A stretch of 63,769 bases of DNA, counting the filler, from Craspedostauros australis (Eukaryota): the NCBI GenBank assembly GCA_030167865.1. It is 7 parts of 7 records of this genome, joined end to end, with 100 filler letters (N's around TTAATTAATTAA, not from the genome) between each part and the next. Parts side by side here need not be neighbours in the genome. Positions count along the whole stretch, not along the records: positions 26,347 to 56,653 come from JALAGF010006334.1; positions 56,754 to 62,534 come from JALAGF010006336.1; 5 more parts are not named here. One strand, 5' to 3'. Positions within the stretch are counted from its first letter, which is position 1. The number at the start of each line of letters is the position of its first letter. Under the pieces are notes generated by a model. The model was not told where the DNA came from. It made no database searches and saw only the letters and a list, made by a program, of their open reading frames with translations. The position numbers and the translations under genes are program-made. Positions 46,929-59,800 of this stretch are shown in pieces.

Positions 46929-47572
46929 AAAATCGACGTTAACGCTTATAACGTCTACTTAACGTTGGATTCACCGTCTTCCATTGCTCAGTGGTTGACT
47001 CGATGGAGCCCACAGATGCGACAAATCGAACATGTCTGTTCGGAGCAGTCTGTACGTCGTCCGGGCCCACTTTCAACGTTTTTCCCGTGTCTTGCTGCCA
47101 CAACATCACCTTCAACACTATTGGATACCGTCACAGTCTGACATCAACTGTCACTGACGTCATCATTTTCGTCCACGAAAAAGACAAGCTAGCCGAGTAT
47201 TTGTGTTGTAGAAGCTAGCTAAAATTATCTAAACCTATTGCATAACACGCCACATCGTTTCTTAAACAAATCATGTTGTCCGATTAAAAATCGGCAGGAT
47301 GCTACTGTTGTGTCCTGAATGGGGTCCTGCAAGCTGGAAAGGTTACTCGTACATAAAGAGACTACAAGGATGATCATTATGTGGCTAGTTTGGAAACCCC
47401 AGGGAACAAGTTCGAATGTCCATTTCAAAGTGTTGGACGACTCGCTCGGGGAGGCCCATAGCGTGAGCGTTCTCTCCTCGCATCTGTTCTGGCTTCATGG
47501 TCTTGATCTGTCTGAAGATTGATAGGTTCTACACGCTCCTGGCATTATACAACACGGGGGTCGGCATTTCGC

Positions 47573-50500
47573 TCATCGGGGTGCCGAAACGGTGACTTGC
47601 ACATCCAAGACATCAGTTTGAACGAACATGAAGTACTTCATCCCTGCTGTCAGTTGCACAGACCCGTTGTCGGCAACACCGCCAGGATCTGAGATACGGG
47701 ACAGTGAAGTGTCGCATTTGATGGCATCTGCGCCGGCCAAATAGAAGTGGACGCGCACGTTCGTCGTGGAGGCGCCCGGAAATCGCACTGCGTAATCCGT
47801 AAAACCTTGCGCATCGAGCTCGAACCATGCCCCCACGTGGTCTTTGTTGATGATAGCACCCTTGTAGTCAAAGCAGGTATCGATGGGCCCGGTGTTGCTG
47901 GGAGTCAGCGTGGTAGTGAATGCAAAAGAGTAAGTAAGGACCTCACGGCAGAAGCAGGTGCCCTTGGTGGAAGGAAAATCGTCGCAATCGAGACCGAGAT
48001 CATCGGTGGTGGAGCCAGCTGTCAAGAATACCAGCTGCGCACGTGACAACAGAGCCGGATCGGACACCTGTAGGAGAAAGTCCCGTTTTGCTTCCCCGGG
48101 AATGTTGCCGAGCAAGATGATGGTCCGGGTACCAGTTGTGCAGGCGCCAATGAGATTGTTTGTTGAAGTGCAGAGGGAAGGATCGCAGCCTTCTGCATAC
48201 GAAGCGGTGATCACGGCATCGGTGTTTGAGTTAGTGATTACCGCAAGGCTGATACCTTCCGTTGGAATGCGGTACCATGCACCAGACAGAGATGGTTGAC
48301 CCGAGCAATCGGTAAAGACCACAGGCACTATATCAGTCTGAAGGACGTCAACCGCGGAGTCTGCCGACGGAAAGTCGGGGCATTGGCAGGACGCGTAGTT
48401 GTTGTCGTTCCCTGATGCACATGCATCTCTCATGGTCAAGACTGTGCTCTCGAGAGCGTTGGGATTGCCTCGCTGTACGTAAAAGTAGTACATTCGGTCT
48501 TTTCTCAAGAACAGAGGGATCTCGCCGCTCGCATGAAGCTGACCAACGCATGAAAAAGATGCGCACGATGAACCTGAAAGCACCGTGACAATCGGCACTC
48601 CAGGACCGGTGTCAGCCTCGAATGCCTTGAGAGCAACTCCCTGTGACTCTGGCAGCGCCGGTCCCGCAAACCAAACTCCCTCTTCCGTTGAGATCGAACA
48701 GATTGGTGGAATGGTGACTGTGATGGTCTCACCAGTTGCCGATACTGTTGTGGCAACTTCCACGCTGTCCAGCGATGCGGGTGGACTGTTGATGCTGTAC
48801 CCCATATTCGTGATGCCGGAGAACACACCATCAATCCTGGGGCCTTCAACCAGCGTGAACGCTGACCCGCACATGTCGTTAGCCGGAGGAACGAGGTTGG
48901 TGAGTGTGGCCTCTAAATCCGTTGATGCTCCCGAGGCTTGCACGACGATAAAGTAGGACGTGTCCGTCTCCAGTTGGACGGTGCTCCCATCCGCTAGGCC
49001 GCTCATATCGCACATGAGGGTGTCGCACTTGTCGACGGTGTTGGCTGTCACAGTAGACGAAGTCTTGAAGATGACGGCGGACAACTCCACGCTACCTGCG
49101 TTGTCAGTTAGCCCCAACCGGAAATCCGTGATCGCCAACACAGATGGCGTTGTGAATTGGAACCACTTGGTCGGACTGCTCAAGCCGACGCCGCACGACA
49201 CGTAGCCGAAGCATGCGTCAGGGTTGCTGGAGCCGTCCGATGCCAGCGCGAAACTGACGCCGTTCCCATAGGTGAGTGCCCCGCCCACTAGCGCTGACGA
49301 CAATTCGTCGGCGCAGTAGCATGTGACGACATTCCATGAAGAACAGAAGCTTGCGATCTCTGATGGTTGGTACAGCTCGGTTGCGGCGAACGGCGGCAGA
49401 TCCGTCACGGACTGAATGATGAGCTTGTAGTCGCCCGCTACCGTGAAGTCCACGGATCGCACTGTGAAGGCTGCGTNGCAGGCAGAGACAATGGCAGGCT
49501 GGCATGTGAACGTGGTGCAGTCACTGCTGATACCTCTGCTCACCACCAGCTTGACACTCTCTTCTTCATCCGTGGTGAAGAAGAATAGCCACTTGTCGGT
49601 CCCAGCACCAATGTCTGCAGGAGTCAAGGTGAGGTCATAGAAGAAGCCAGGGATGGAAGTGTCGGAAGCACAGCCAGCCGGTTCAAGTTCGCCTGTCCGC
49701 GGAGGGAAGCCTTCTTCAGATGCACCGTTGAGGGTAAGTTCCGTAGCACAAACGCAGAAGTTGCTGTTGCTGGAGGATGCACAACCATCGGAGATGAACG
49801 GTAGGCCTTCTGTCACTGGGACCAAGTCATCAGCATTCTGAAGCAACATGTAATACGTCAGACTGGCGTCGAGGAGAAGTAACTTGACTTGAGACGACGA
49901 CCCCGGTCCCTCAGGGTCAGGCTCAATAATGACTTGCAATAAGCGCATGCCCACCTCTATCGGTGGAGGAATGAGATCGGAGGACCCAATGCAAGCCAAT
50001 CCTCCGCAACTTCCTGAAAATACTGTCACCCTCACCTCTGCCGGTATCGAGTCATTCTCAGTGAATGTCAGCCTGTAGACGCTGGCTTCCGGTATGGAGA
50101 ATGTCAACCAGACACCGTTTGTGGATGCAATGTTGCAATTTTCCATCGGGTCTGAAAATGTCAGGCCATCTTCTGGGGTCGCATCCACAGTCGTGACGAA
50201 GTCAGCGCTGGTCTGCGGACCGTCGACCACGGTATCAAAATTCTCGACGGTTATGAAATCAAAGTTCCCATCGAAGTCATAACGAATCAGGGGCTGCGCA
50301 CCTTCACATTCGTCATGCTCGTTGGCATCGGTTGGCATGCTGGTCGGCCTACTCGTTGGGCTGCTCGTTGGCATGTTGGTCGGATTACTAGTTGGTTGGA
50401 TAGTTGGTACATCCGTGGGTGCCGATGTTGGAGCGGAAGTTGGAGCGCTGGTTGGCTGGACGGCCGGGGCCGCCGACGATGCCAACACGGTGGGGTTGCT

Positions 50501-53500
50501 GGTCGGCCTGGAAGTTGGCACGTCTGTCGGTGGCAGGATGTCGATGATCTCGTCCGTCAATCCACAGATGCTCTCCACGCCCATCTCCGTGAGCTTGCTG
50601 TTGAGGGCAGCGTAGAGCTCCAGCAGAAATGGGCCTCTGTCAGGAATCGCGTCCACGGCACAGAAGCACGTGTCTTCGGTTTGCATGCGACGACGGCGGG
50701 GACGGCCAGCAAGGTCCACGTTGAACTCGCGATCCAGATCCAGCTCGGTCAGGAGCTGCTGCAAGGATCGTCTTCCGGCATCTCCGGTGGTGGGGGATGT
50801 TGCAGAAGGATCTTCGTCCACCAACGGCGTGCCATCACCGCATCCACGGCATCTTCCGTCGGTCTCCATGGTGGTATCACCGAGAACGCATCCGTCCGAA
50901 TTAGGCGTTTGTCCGGCGGGGACGTTGATGGTGGTGGTCGCGCTTCCCACGAGGACGCGTCGGAAGAGCATGTCGCAGTACTGAGCTGCCAGCTCGTTGT
51001 ACACCATCTCGAAGATGGTGGAGAAGCTCTCCAGGTCGGAGGCGGACACATCTGGCACCACCAGCAGCATGAGCTGCAGGTCTTCCGACACGAAGTCATT
51101 CGTCTCCGCCTCGCAATCTTGTGTCTGGACCAGCTGGACGTCATCGAGGGTGATGTTGGGTGGGAGGTCGACTTGCTCGTCAATCTGGTCGCGGAAGTCG
51201 TCGGCGTTGAAGATAATGATCTGGTTGGTTCCGACGCCGCAGTAGCACTGAGATTCATCTTCTCGGACTCCTTCGGTGTCGATATCCGGCTGTAGGCGTC
51301 GGAGGTTGGCAACTCCATCATACTCGTGCATGAAATCTGGGATCTTGCTGGATCGGATGTTGGAGCGGATGCCAGCGTCGGCGCGGTCGTTCGTCTCGCC
51401 CGCAGTCGCAGTCACGTCCTCAGTCGCCATGCTCAGGGCAGTACGGGCATGGATGCCCATGCCAGTATCTGCGAGGAAATCCGCGCTGCCGACTCTGTCT
51501 TCACCTCTCGCGAAGAGATGACGCTGCTTTCTCACAGTGACGAAGGAGGATTCTGTGATGTCATTTCCAAAGCCAAAGTACGAGGAGCAGAATATGCAGG
51601 TTCCGAGCCCGGTGACCAGTATGGAGAGCGTTGGNNNNNNNNNNNNNNNNNNNNNNNNNNNNNNNNNNNNNNNNNNNNNNNNNNGGCATGGATGGCGGCA
51701 TCAAAGTACGGCTGGCTGCGATCGAAATCAAGGTCATCCCTGCCCTCGCTGTCCAGGTGCATGGTTTTGGAGTCCTCATCCATGAGGAATCGATTTGAAT
51801 TGAAGGTGAACGTTTCTCCTTCGTTGTTGATCTGGACGCTGACGATCGTGGTGACAGTGGCGAGGTCACGGAAGCTGGGGTCGCAATCGCCTTGGCCGTC
51901 GCTATCGGTACTATTGTAGAGATTGAGGAAGACCTGGACGACGGCATTGACCAGATCTTCAACCTCTTGGAAAGAGAGGGATGTTTGGCCCGGGGTCGGG
52001 TTGCCAAAGTTGGTGTCAGTGAACTGAACGTAGAGTTCCGTGGTGAAAGGTTCACGAGGTGGACATTCATTGACGCCAACGATGCAGGCCAATCCGAGGT
52101 CCTGCACGTTGATGTTGTACACCGCCATGAGCNNNNNNNNNNNNNNNNNNNNNNNNNNNNNNNNNNNNNNNNNNNNNNNNNNNNNNNNNNNNNNNNNNNN
52201 NNNNNNNNNNNNNNNNNNNNNNNNNNNNNNNNNNNNNNNNNNNNNNNNNNNNNNNNNNNNNNNNNNNNNNNNNNNNNNNNNNNNNNNNNNNNNNNNNNNN
52301 NNNNNNNNNNNNNNNNNNNNNNNNNNNNNNNNNNTGTTGGATGTGCAGGCACGATTGTCGTTGATGTGGAGTCTGTCATCCGCGGCTGTTCGTTTGAGCA
52401 CGTTGGTGCTATCATCACCATCACTATCACCAAGAGTCTGACTATCGCTGTCGCTGCCGTTGACATCACCGTTGACATCACCGTCGACATCACCATGTGC
52501 ATTAATGCTGCTTCGAAGATGGTCGTTGAGCTGTTCGTCGATGACGTCACCCATGCCATGTCCAATATCACTGGTACCATCATAGTCACCACCATCGTGA
52601 GCACCACCATCGTGAGCACCACCATCGTGAGCACCACGATTGGAGGCATGATCGGTGTATTGCATCTTGCGAGAACGCCTACCACCTGACATGGTAGCGA
52701 GCAAGGGCCCCTCGGTATAGAGTGTGGTGACAGCCGGATCGCATCCACGGCATCGCAGGGTGACGATGGCCTCGATACTGACGGCGATAGATCCGCTGAT
52801 CTCCTCCGGCACGACCGTAGATCCATCCGTGACGATGCTCGTGAAGGTGACGTTGTTGATGACGCGGAAGACGGGATCGCAGTATCTCTCGGCGACAAGG
52901 TCGTTGTAGGTGGTGGCGAAGGTGGCCTCGAGCTCTGGGACGCGAGGGTCGTCGAGGGAGAGAGATGAAACCTGCTGGTCGTCCTCACAGACCAGGAGCT
53001 CGATGGCGATGCGAATGTCGAACACTTGCTCGTCATCGACGGTGTCGGAGCAGTCGATCTCCTGCACCTCCTGAAGGTTGGTGATGGAGAGAATGGGGTC
53101 GGTGTTGTTGATCTGGAGGGTCTCGTTGAGAGCGTTGAGGATCTGCTGCTCCGTGACACCTTCCTGCGTTGCGTTGGCACTGCAGAGACAGTCGATGTCT
53201 GGGTTGATGGTGTCGTCGGGGTCACCCTGCAGAGAGCGATGGTTGGCGATGGCGGACTGTAGCTGGCGATGGTTGTTGATATTGAGCGGCGGACCGAATG
53301 GGCTGTCTTCGGGTTGGAAGCCGGTTCCGGCTCCAGCATTTGCACCTGCATTTGCATATGCACGTTCCTTCGCCTTGTGGGCGTTGATAGCATTGAGGAT
53401 GTCGGCAAAGCGTGGGTCTTCCTCGTGGTGTTGAGATGGGGTGAGCTCCTCGGCCGTCCAGGATGAGTAGCCATATTCGCCTTCAATGGTGTTGATGTCA

Positions 53501-55524
53501 GCACTGTCGTCGGAGGTATCACCTTCTTCGTTGAGCGCACGGCCGCGACGAACCGTGACAAAGTCGATGTCGTCGTAGAGCAGCGTGCCCGATTCGCAGC
53601 TGAAGCAAAAGAAGGTATAGATTGAGATGTAGATGGAGATACCAATAGAGGAGCTGAAGTCAGTCGAGGTTTGCATGTTGCGGTGGCCGTGGAATGAAGG
53701 CTCCGTGTTGGAATCTTGGAGACGGCGGCTGTAGCCTTCGACGACCTGCACCAGCTCGACGTTGGTGACGCGTCTGAAGAAGGGGTCGCAGGACTGGTCG
53801 TTGAGCGCGCCGCTGTTCTGCGCGTTGTACTCGTTCTTGAGATCCTCCTCGAACTGCTCCACCTGTCCGTCTGTGAGACCACCACCGGCCGTGGAAGACA
53901 GTGATGTGTCGATCTGGATGGTGATGAGGACGATGGCAGTGCGTGTCTCGAAGTCGTCGGCGGTGCATGCACTGGAGGGGTCCACGAGGACGAGAGAGAG
54001 GATGACGTCGATGCCGGTGGTGGCGGCGGTCTGGAGACGTCTGCCGCCTGTGTTAGAGTTGGTGGCTTGGATGACGGCATCGTACTCGTTGACGAAGGCA
54101 GAGATGGTTGGTGGAAAGCAAATGCACTCCTTTGGACCATTTCCCGACTTGGACATCTTGGTGCTGGTGCTCGTGCCTCCCGGCATGAGGGATCCCGCCT
54201 TGGATTGCTTCTGCGAGTCGGAAGGAACGGAGGAAGGTTCTCCCATCTTACTGCCCTTTCCGGACGGTGCTGCCGTGGTGTCCGGTCCAGGCACTGGTCC
54301 GTTGGGATTGGTGGAACTAGTTGGAGCCGACGTGGGTTCTGAGAACATGGATGCCTTGGCGCCCTTGCCGCCCTGCACTGACTTGGGAGCTGGTCCGTCG
54401 GGCGTCTCGCCATCCCCTTCTCCACTAGCGCCGCCGCCGTTGGCCTTAGTCTTCTTGTTGTCGTTACCACTTCTGCCCTTGTCCTTGTCATCGTCGTTCT
54501 TTGCCATCGCGGTGTTGAGCGAGCGTCTGTGCAGAAGGGAGAAGGAGAGGCCATTGTGGGTGCGCTCCTTCGAACCGCCTAGGTGTCGTCGTGGCTTGAG
54601 GCGGGGGCTGTTCCCCCGTGGTGATGATGGTGGAGCGGAGGGCCCAATTGCGTCTTCGTCGTCGTTATCATCTCGCAGATCATCGGAGAGGCCGTACATG
54701 GCGAATCTCTCCACTCCATGTTGCCTGTTGTTCTTTTCCCCGCTGCCTCTGTGTGGTTGGTGGTTGCCTACATCTGTGTTTGCCTGTGTGTTTGCATGTG
54801 TCTTGGTCTGATGATGGGCTTTGACGCGAGGTTTCGCAGTTGCATCTGTGTGAGTAGCTGCCTTGCCAGAAGACCCTTCCTGATGCTGCCACAGCTGCAT
54901 CATGCGACGCTGAGTCTGATCCAGGATGGATGGATCGATCTGGTCGATAAAGACAGGCCCGCTGCCACCGCCAATGTCGGGACAACCGACGCACTCTCCT
55001 TCGATGAGGATGAGGAACTCGATCTCCTCGGTCTCTTCCACATCCTCTAGCCTGCGGTTGCGGCCGCTATTCCCAGATGGATTAGTGACGATGAAGGTGG
55101 AGCCAATGCTGGACCTCACGATGGACATGGCCGTGAGAGTGTAGAAAGCTCCATTCTGGGCACAGCTGGCCACGGCGTTGTACGCATCGACGAAGTTGGT
55201 CTCCAGCAGGGTGCGGGCATCCTCGGCGTTGTTCACAAGGGTGTTGGGACGTGCGAGAACGGTCAGAATGGCATACTGGTTGATGGGAGTTGGACCGTTA
55301 GGGTTGGTGTTGATGCACGTTCCGTCATCTTCCATGTCTCTGCGAGCGACGGGTGGAAAGGCGTCGGAGTCGGTGGTCTTCCTCATCTTCCTGGCCAGCT
55401 TGGTGACTTCCTGCGGATGTTCCGTTGCCATCGCCGTTCCTTCTGCTGGACTTGCAGCCATCGTGGCCGTGACCACCATGGCCATGGCCATCATGGCAAC
55501 GACAGAGACGGCGAGCATCTTCAT
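47573..55524 (-). CDS. Giant (~2,600 aa) secreted modular protein with many RxL/RRLQ motifs; the two track ORFs are probably one gene
   Basis: Signal peptide MKMLAVSVVAMMAMAMVVTATMA; repeated YN..CDPxFR..CxxC modules; PTSxP linkers; NDxCxxA modules; downstream frame is open back to the N gap at 51635. Confidence 0.8.
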
Positions 55525-56823
55525 GGTGCTATCGCTGATGGTTGATGCGCAATTCGAAGAAGCAATCTGAGCTATAATAGGGCAGAGTAATAGCAAATGT
55601 TGATAGCAAATGCAAGTAGAATAGTACTCCAGTGAGCGAGCACAGAGTTGTGAACCAACCGTGCTTTCTTCTGGTACTCCAGTGTTGCGCGATCCGTTGT
55701 GTTTCTTGGGCGCCTCACAGCAGCCCAGTCGGTGTGTGAAGTCCCCACTTCTTTGCCTTCCGCCTGATCCTTGTGTGGTCGATCTCCAAGGCGATTCGCG
55801 GCCAAGCGTTTGCTCTCGCGGACAATCACCACGATTCAATTCGAGATGGAATGAGTTCGGGTAAGCTGGAGTGCAGGAGGACAGTTGGTTTCGATGTTGG
55901 CTTCGATGCTTGTTTCAGCTTTCGACAAGGACAGGGACACGTGCCGACAGCGAGAGCGCGCAAAGGCTGTCGCTGGCTGATACACTGTACTCGTACACCT
56001 GCTTCGAGGCCTCGATGCCTCGGAGTCTCCATGTGATGGTTGTCCTTGGGGGCTTTGGCTTTTGACTATTTGTGTGTGTTCCGCGTTCCTTGTCTGTTTC
56101 TGCGTCACCATGGCATTGTCTTGTGTTCGTTGCTGTCTTGCCTCTTGGCCCGCGCTTCAGCGCTTCCATGTCCATGACATGGCCATTCCCCATGCTCCCT
56201 CGCTGCCTCTCATGCCTCATGTCAAGGATCGCTTCGTGTTCTTGTGGTTGCAATTGTTTGTGCGCGAGATGCTTTCTTGCGAATTCTCCCATCCTTCTTT
56301 CATGACATCCCATTCCGTGTTGTTGTGTTTGGCGACGTGATGTTGGGCATTTTCTCCATCCCACCAAACTCTCCTACTGGGAAAAGGCATGGAATTGGAA
56401 GTAAACAACGGATTATGAGCTCAAGGCACGAGCCATTTACCTCTCATGTGGTCTCTACTCTGCTGCAAGTGCCCAGTCTAACGCTCAAATAACCGGTAAT
56501 AACGTCCGTATCTGCTTGGTCCCCTCGATATGCGGTGGCTCTGCTGCTCGTCAGATCGTCTCAATCTCTTCGGTGCTCTCGTTGATATGCATTCGTACGG
56601 TATGTACCTGCTGCATGTCCTCATGAATGGACACCACAGGGCGCTCATCCCATNNNNNNNNNNNNNNNNNNNNNNNNNNNNNNNNNNNNNNNNNNNNTTA
56701 ATTAATTAANNNNNNNNNNNNNNNNNNNNNNNNNNNNNNNNNNNNNNNNNNNNACACCCCCCCACGGTCGCTGGGTGGAAAACCCAGTGACCGGAACAAC
56801 TCGATTAAATGTATTATGTAAAA

Positions 56824-59800
56824 CTAGGCCTCAAGCCTAGCAGCAGACCACACCGGCACGAGTGCACCGGAAACGTTGTCCCAGTGCCTAAAGAACGTGG
56901 GCGGAGCCGNCTGCTTGGTGCCCATGTCGGCAGCATTCACAGTTGTGTCGATATCCATGAACGTGATGAGCTCGTTTTCGACCCACTGCTGCACGGCAAA
57001 ATGCCGAATCTCAACATGTCGTGTGCGTCTTGAGGGTTGCCCAGCATTCGCTATCATGAGGGCCCCTTGATTGTCTTCGTACAGGACAGTTGCCTGCACT
57101 TGTGGCACACCGAGTTCCTCCAGCGTACATCGCAGGCAAAGGGCCATGCGACCCGCATCAGAGGCGCAGAGCAACTCAGCCTCAGTGCTGGACATTGCCA
57201 CTGTAGGCTGCACTCTCGCTTTCCACGCGACCGTGGCGCCTGCCAGCTTGAAGACGATGCTGGAAACGGACCTGCGATGCCGAGTATCGGTGGCCCAGTC
57301 GCTATCAGCGTACCCGTAGAGGACAGAAGGATCTTCATTGGGATGGCGATGAAATACACCATCCTGAACCGCAACGGCGGCCGGCAGGGGAAGGTCCGGA
57401 AGGTCCACGACCCGCTTAGTGCGATGGTACGTGACCCCGCGACCCATCGTGCCATGAAGATACCGAAAGATTCGCTTGACCGCCGTAAAGTGCAAAGCTG
57501 AAGGTCGTGCTGAGAACTGCGAGAGCTTGACCACGGGGAAAGTGATGTCTGGACGACAAGTCACCATGGGCCAGATAAGCTCACCAACAGCTTGCCGATA
57601 TGACCCAAACTTGGCTTGAATCTTGCGAAGCTCATCAGATTCGAGTGCCTCCGCATCATCCAGAGCCTTGACATGAGCGTTGCTGGCCGCCATGGGAAGT
57701 TCAGTGTCATGCATGTCGTCCCAATCATGACGCCGGAATACCTTGCCGAGGTATGTGGCGTTGTGCATGGTGATATGCGTGGACGTTTGAATGATGTCGG
57801 CCCCATTGAAGTGCTGGAGCAAACCAAAACGCTTCATGGGCACGAAGAGAAACCCATCAAGTTCATCACAGATCGCCCCAAACGTGTCAGCACAGTCGCA
57901 TGCGATGGCGAAGTCGTCAACTTGTCTGAGGAACAGAACATCGCGCCCTTTGTATGTGGCCCTGTAAAGGCACGGTGCATGCGTGGTCGGCTTGAACCCC
58001 ATGCGTTGCAGTTGAGCATCGATGTGTCTTGCCCATTGCCGGGGCGCCTCAGGATGCCCTTGAAGGTTCTTGCAGATGGGAATGACATGCCCCTTCGGAA
58101 TGGGTGGCTTGCCTTTCGACTTCCACCAGTTGGCGAATGGTATGTCCACATGCATGAAGTATCGTTGCTCACCGCAAGGGGCTTCTGCAAATGCATTGGA
58201 CACATCGGCGCCGTAGATTTTCTTGTTTTCCAAAGCCGAGATGGCCACAAAAAGTCGAAAATCCGTAGCATCCGGTGTCGCAGTGAATGTGTGTCCAGTG
58301 ATGACAGCCTTGCCTGCGCGAGGAGATCCATCGCACACTGCGCGGGCCTTGCGGCGCGTCTCAGTGGGATTCTGTTTGAGCACGTAGACCCAGACCCAAT
58401 GGAACACCTGGTCACCGCCTTGAGCAGCCACTGGGCTGCCGAACATGCCCTGGTCGTCGTATTGCTGGAGCTGCTGAAACTCAGATTGCTCCCAAAGTTC
58501 CCACTCGTCTTGACCACGTAACACTCGTCGTGTGAGCTTGAGCGCCACTCGATGACGTGAAGATGAGTCGTCCCCGCCGTCGTCTTTGGCGGCACGGCAC
58601 AGCGCCCGGATGTCTCGCCACTGGTCGAAGTACAGTTGTACCAGACCACGAGCGGACAGAGTGTTGCGTATGGCGTCAAAAGCGAACGTGAAGGTGGCTT
58701 GAGTTTCACCAAGTCCTCGAGCGTCACGGACGACCGTCTCAAGTTCCGGCAGGTCGTATACTGGTAGGCCATTGACCGCCAGCAAGTATGCGCCGCGAAG
58801 CCTTGATTTCCACTGGGGTACACGCCNTGCGCGCTGCCCAGAAGAAATGTCGAAGAGTCGAAGCCTCTCACGGTGATTGTTCGAGTTCCACTCGATGCCC
58901 GCATGCGGATGGTTGCCAAACAACGGTATGTCCACGTCGAAAGACTTGTCATACGGATGGCCGGACATGTCCAGCATCATGACGTCGTTCATGGGTGGTT
59001 TGNNNNNNNNNNNNNNNNNNNNNNNNNNNNNNNNNNNNNNNNNNNNNNNNNNTGTCCACGTCGAAAGACTTGTCATACGGATGGCCGGACATGTCCAGCA
59101 TCATGACGTCGTTCATGGGTGGTTTGGCATGCACGGCTGCAGCAGACGCAGCCGGCGCGATGTGGAATCCATCACGGAGAGGTAGCGGAACGAAACTTGC
59201 ACCTTGGATCCCAGGCAGGACTTTGAGCTTGTCAAGGGTTGGTTGAATGGCGAAAGGTGGACCACCAACTTTTGGTTCCGCAGCTGCACCTTCGACAGGT
59301 GCCTCAACCTGTTCAGCACCCAGGTCGAAGAGAAGTTGGGCTGAGGGTGGACGATCCGTGCACATGTAGTGTGCCTCATCGAACACCACGGAACCACCAA
59401 CCTTGACAGTGCCGGAGTCCAGATCGATGTACCGAATATTGACTCCATTGCCCATGAATCCAAGGAAGATCCCGCTGTAGGTGTGCACATCCAGCTTTCG
59501 GATGGCTTTGTCAGGCTTGCGAACCGTGACGCGAGATCCAAATACCCTCAGATGTGCAATATCGGGGATGTTGCCGTTGAGCGCTTCATATGGCGTTTTG
59601 CCAATGGCAGCATGCCACATGCGATTGCGCAGATATGCAGCATGTAACAGCGCTGCCGACCAATACTGCGGTGGCAGACCAGCCCCATACAGCATGGCAC
59701 GAACCATGACCGCGTACACTCGATTGAGTCTCTCAGCCTTGCCATTTCGATGATGTACACCGGCGCCCGTTGGTTCGAGGATGTACCCAGCATCACGAAC

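Larger units (their letters stand above)
45645..47094. mobile_element. Non-autonomous DNA transposon with 24-bp TIRs, 3-bp TSD (CTG) and internal tandem arrays
   Basis: CAAGGCACGGGAAAAACGTTGAAA at 45645 versus reverse complement at 47071-47094 (1 mismatch); CTG on both sides; empty-site paralog near 26540. Confidence 0.8.

Noticed and set aside
51532..51684. Frameshift or two genes in the giant protein
   Set aside because: The frame change coincides with an arbitrary-length N gap, and the downstream frame is open and domain-like up to the gap.
51561..54554. 997-aa alternative-frame ORF and other long overlapping ORFs (e.g. 631-1293, 32949-33800, 57616-58521)
   Set aside because: Shadow ORFs produced by codon bias of the real genes; no motifs.
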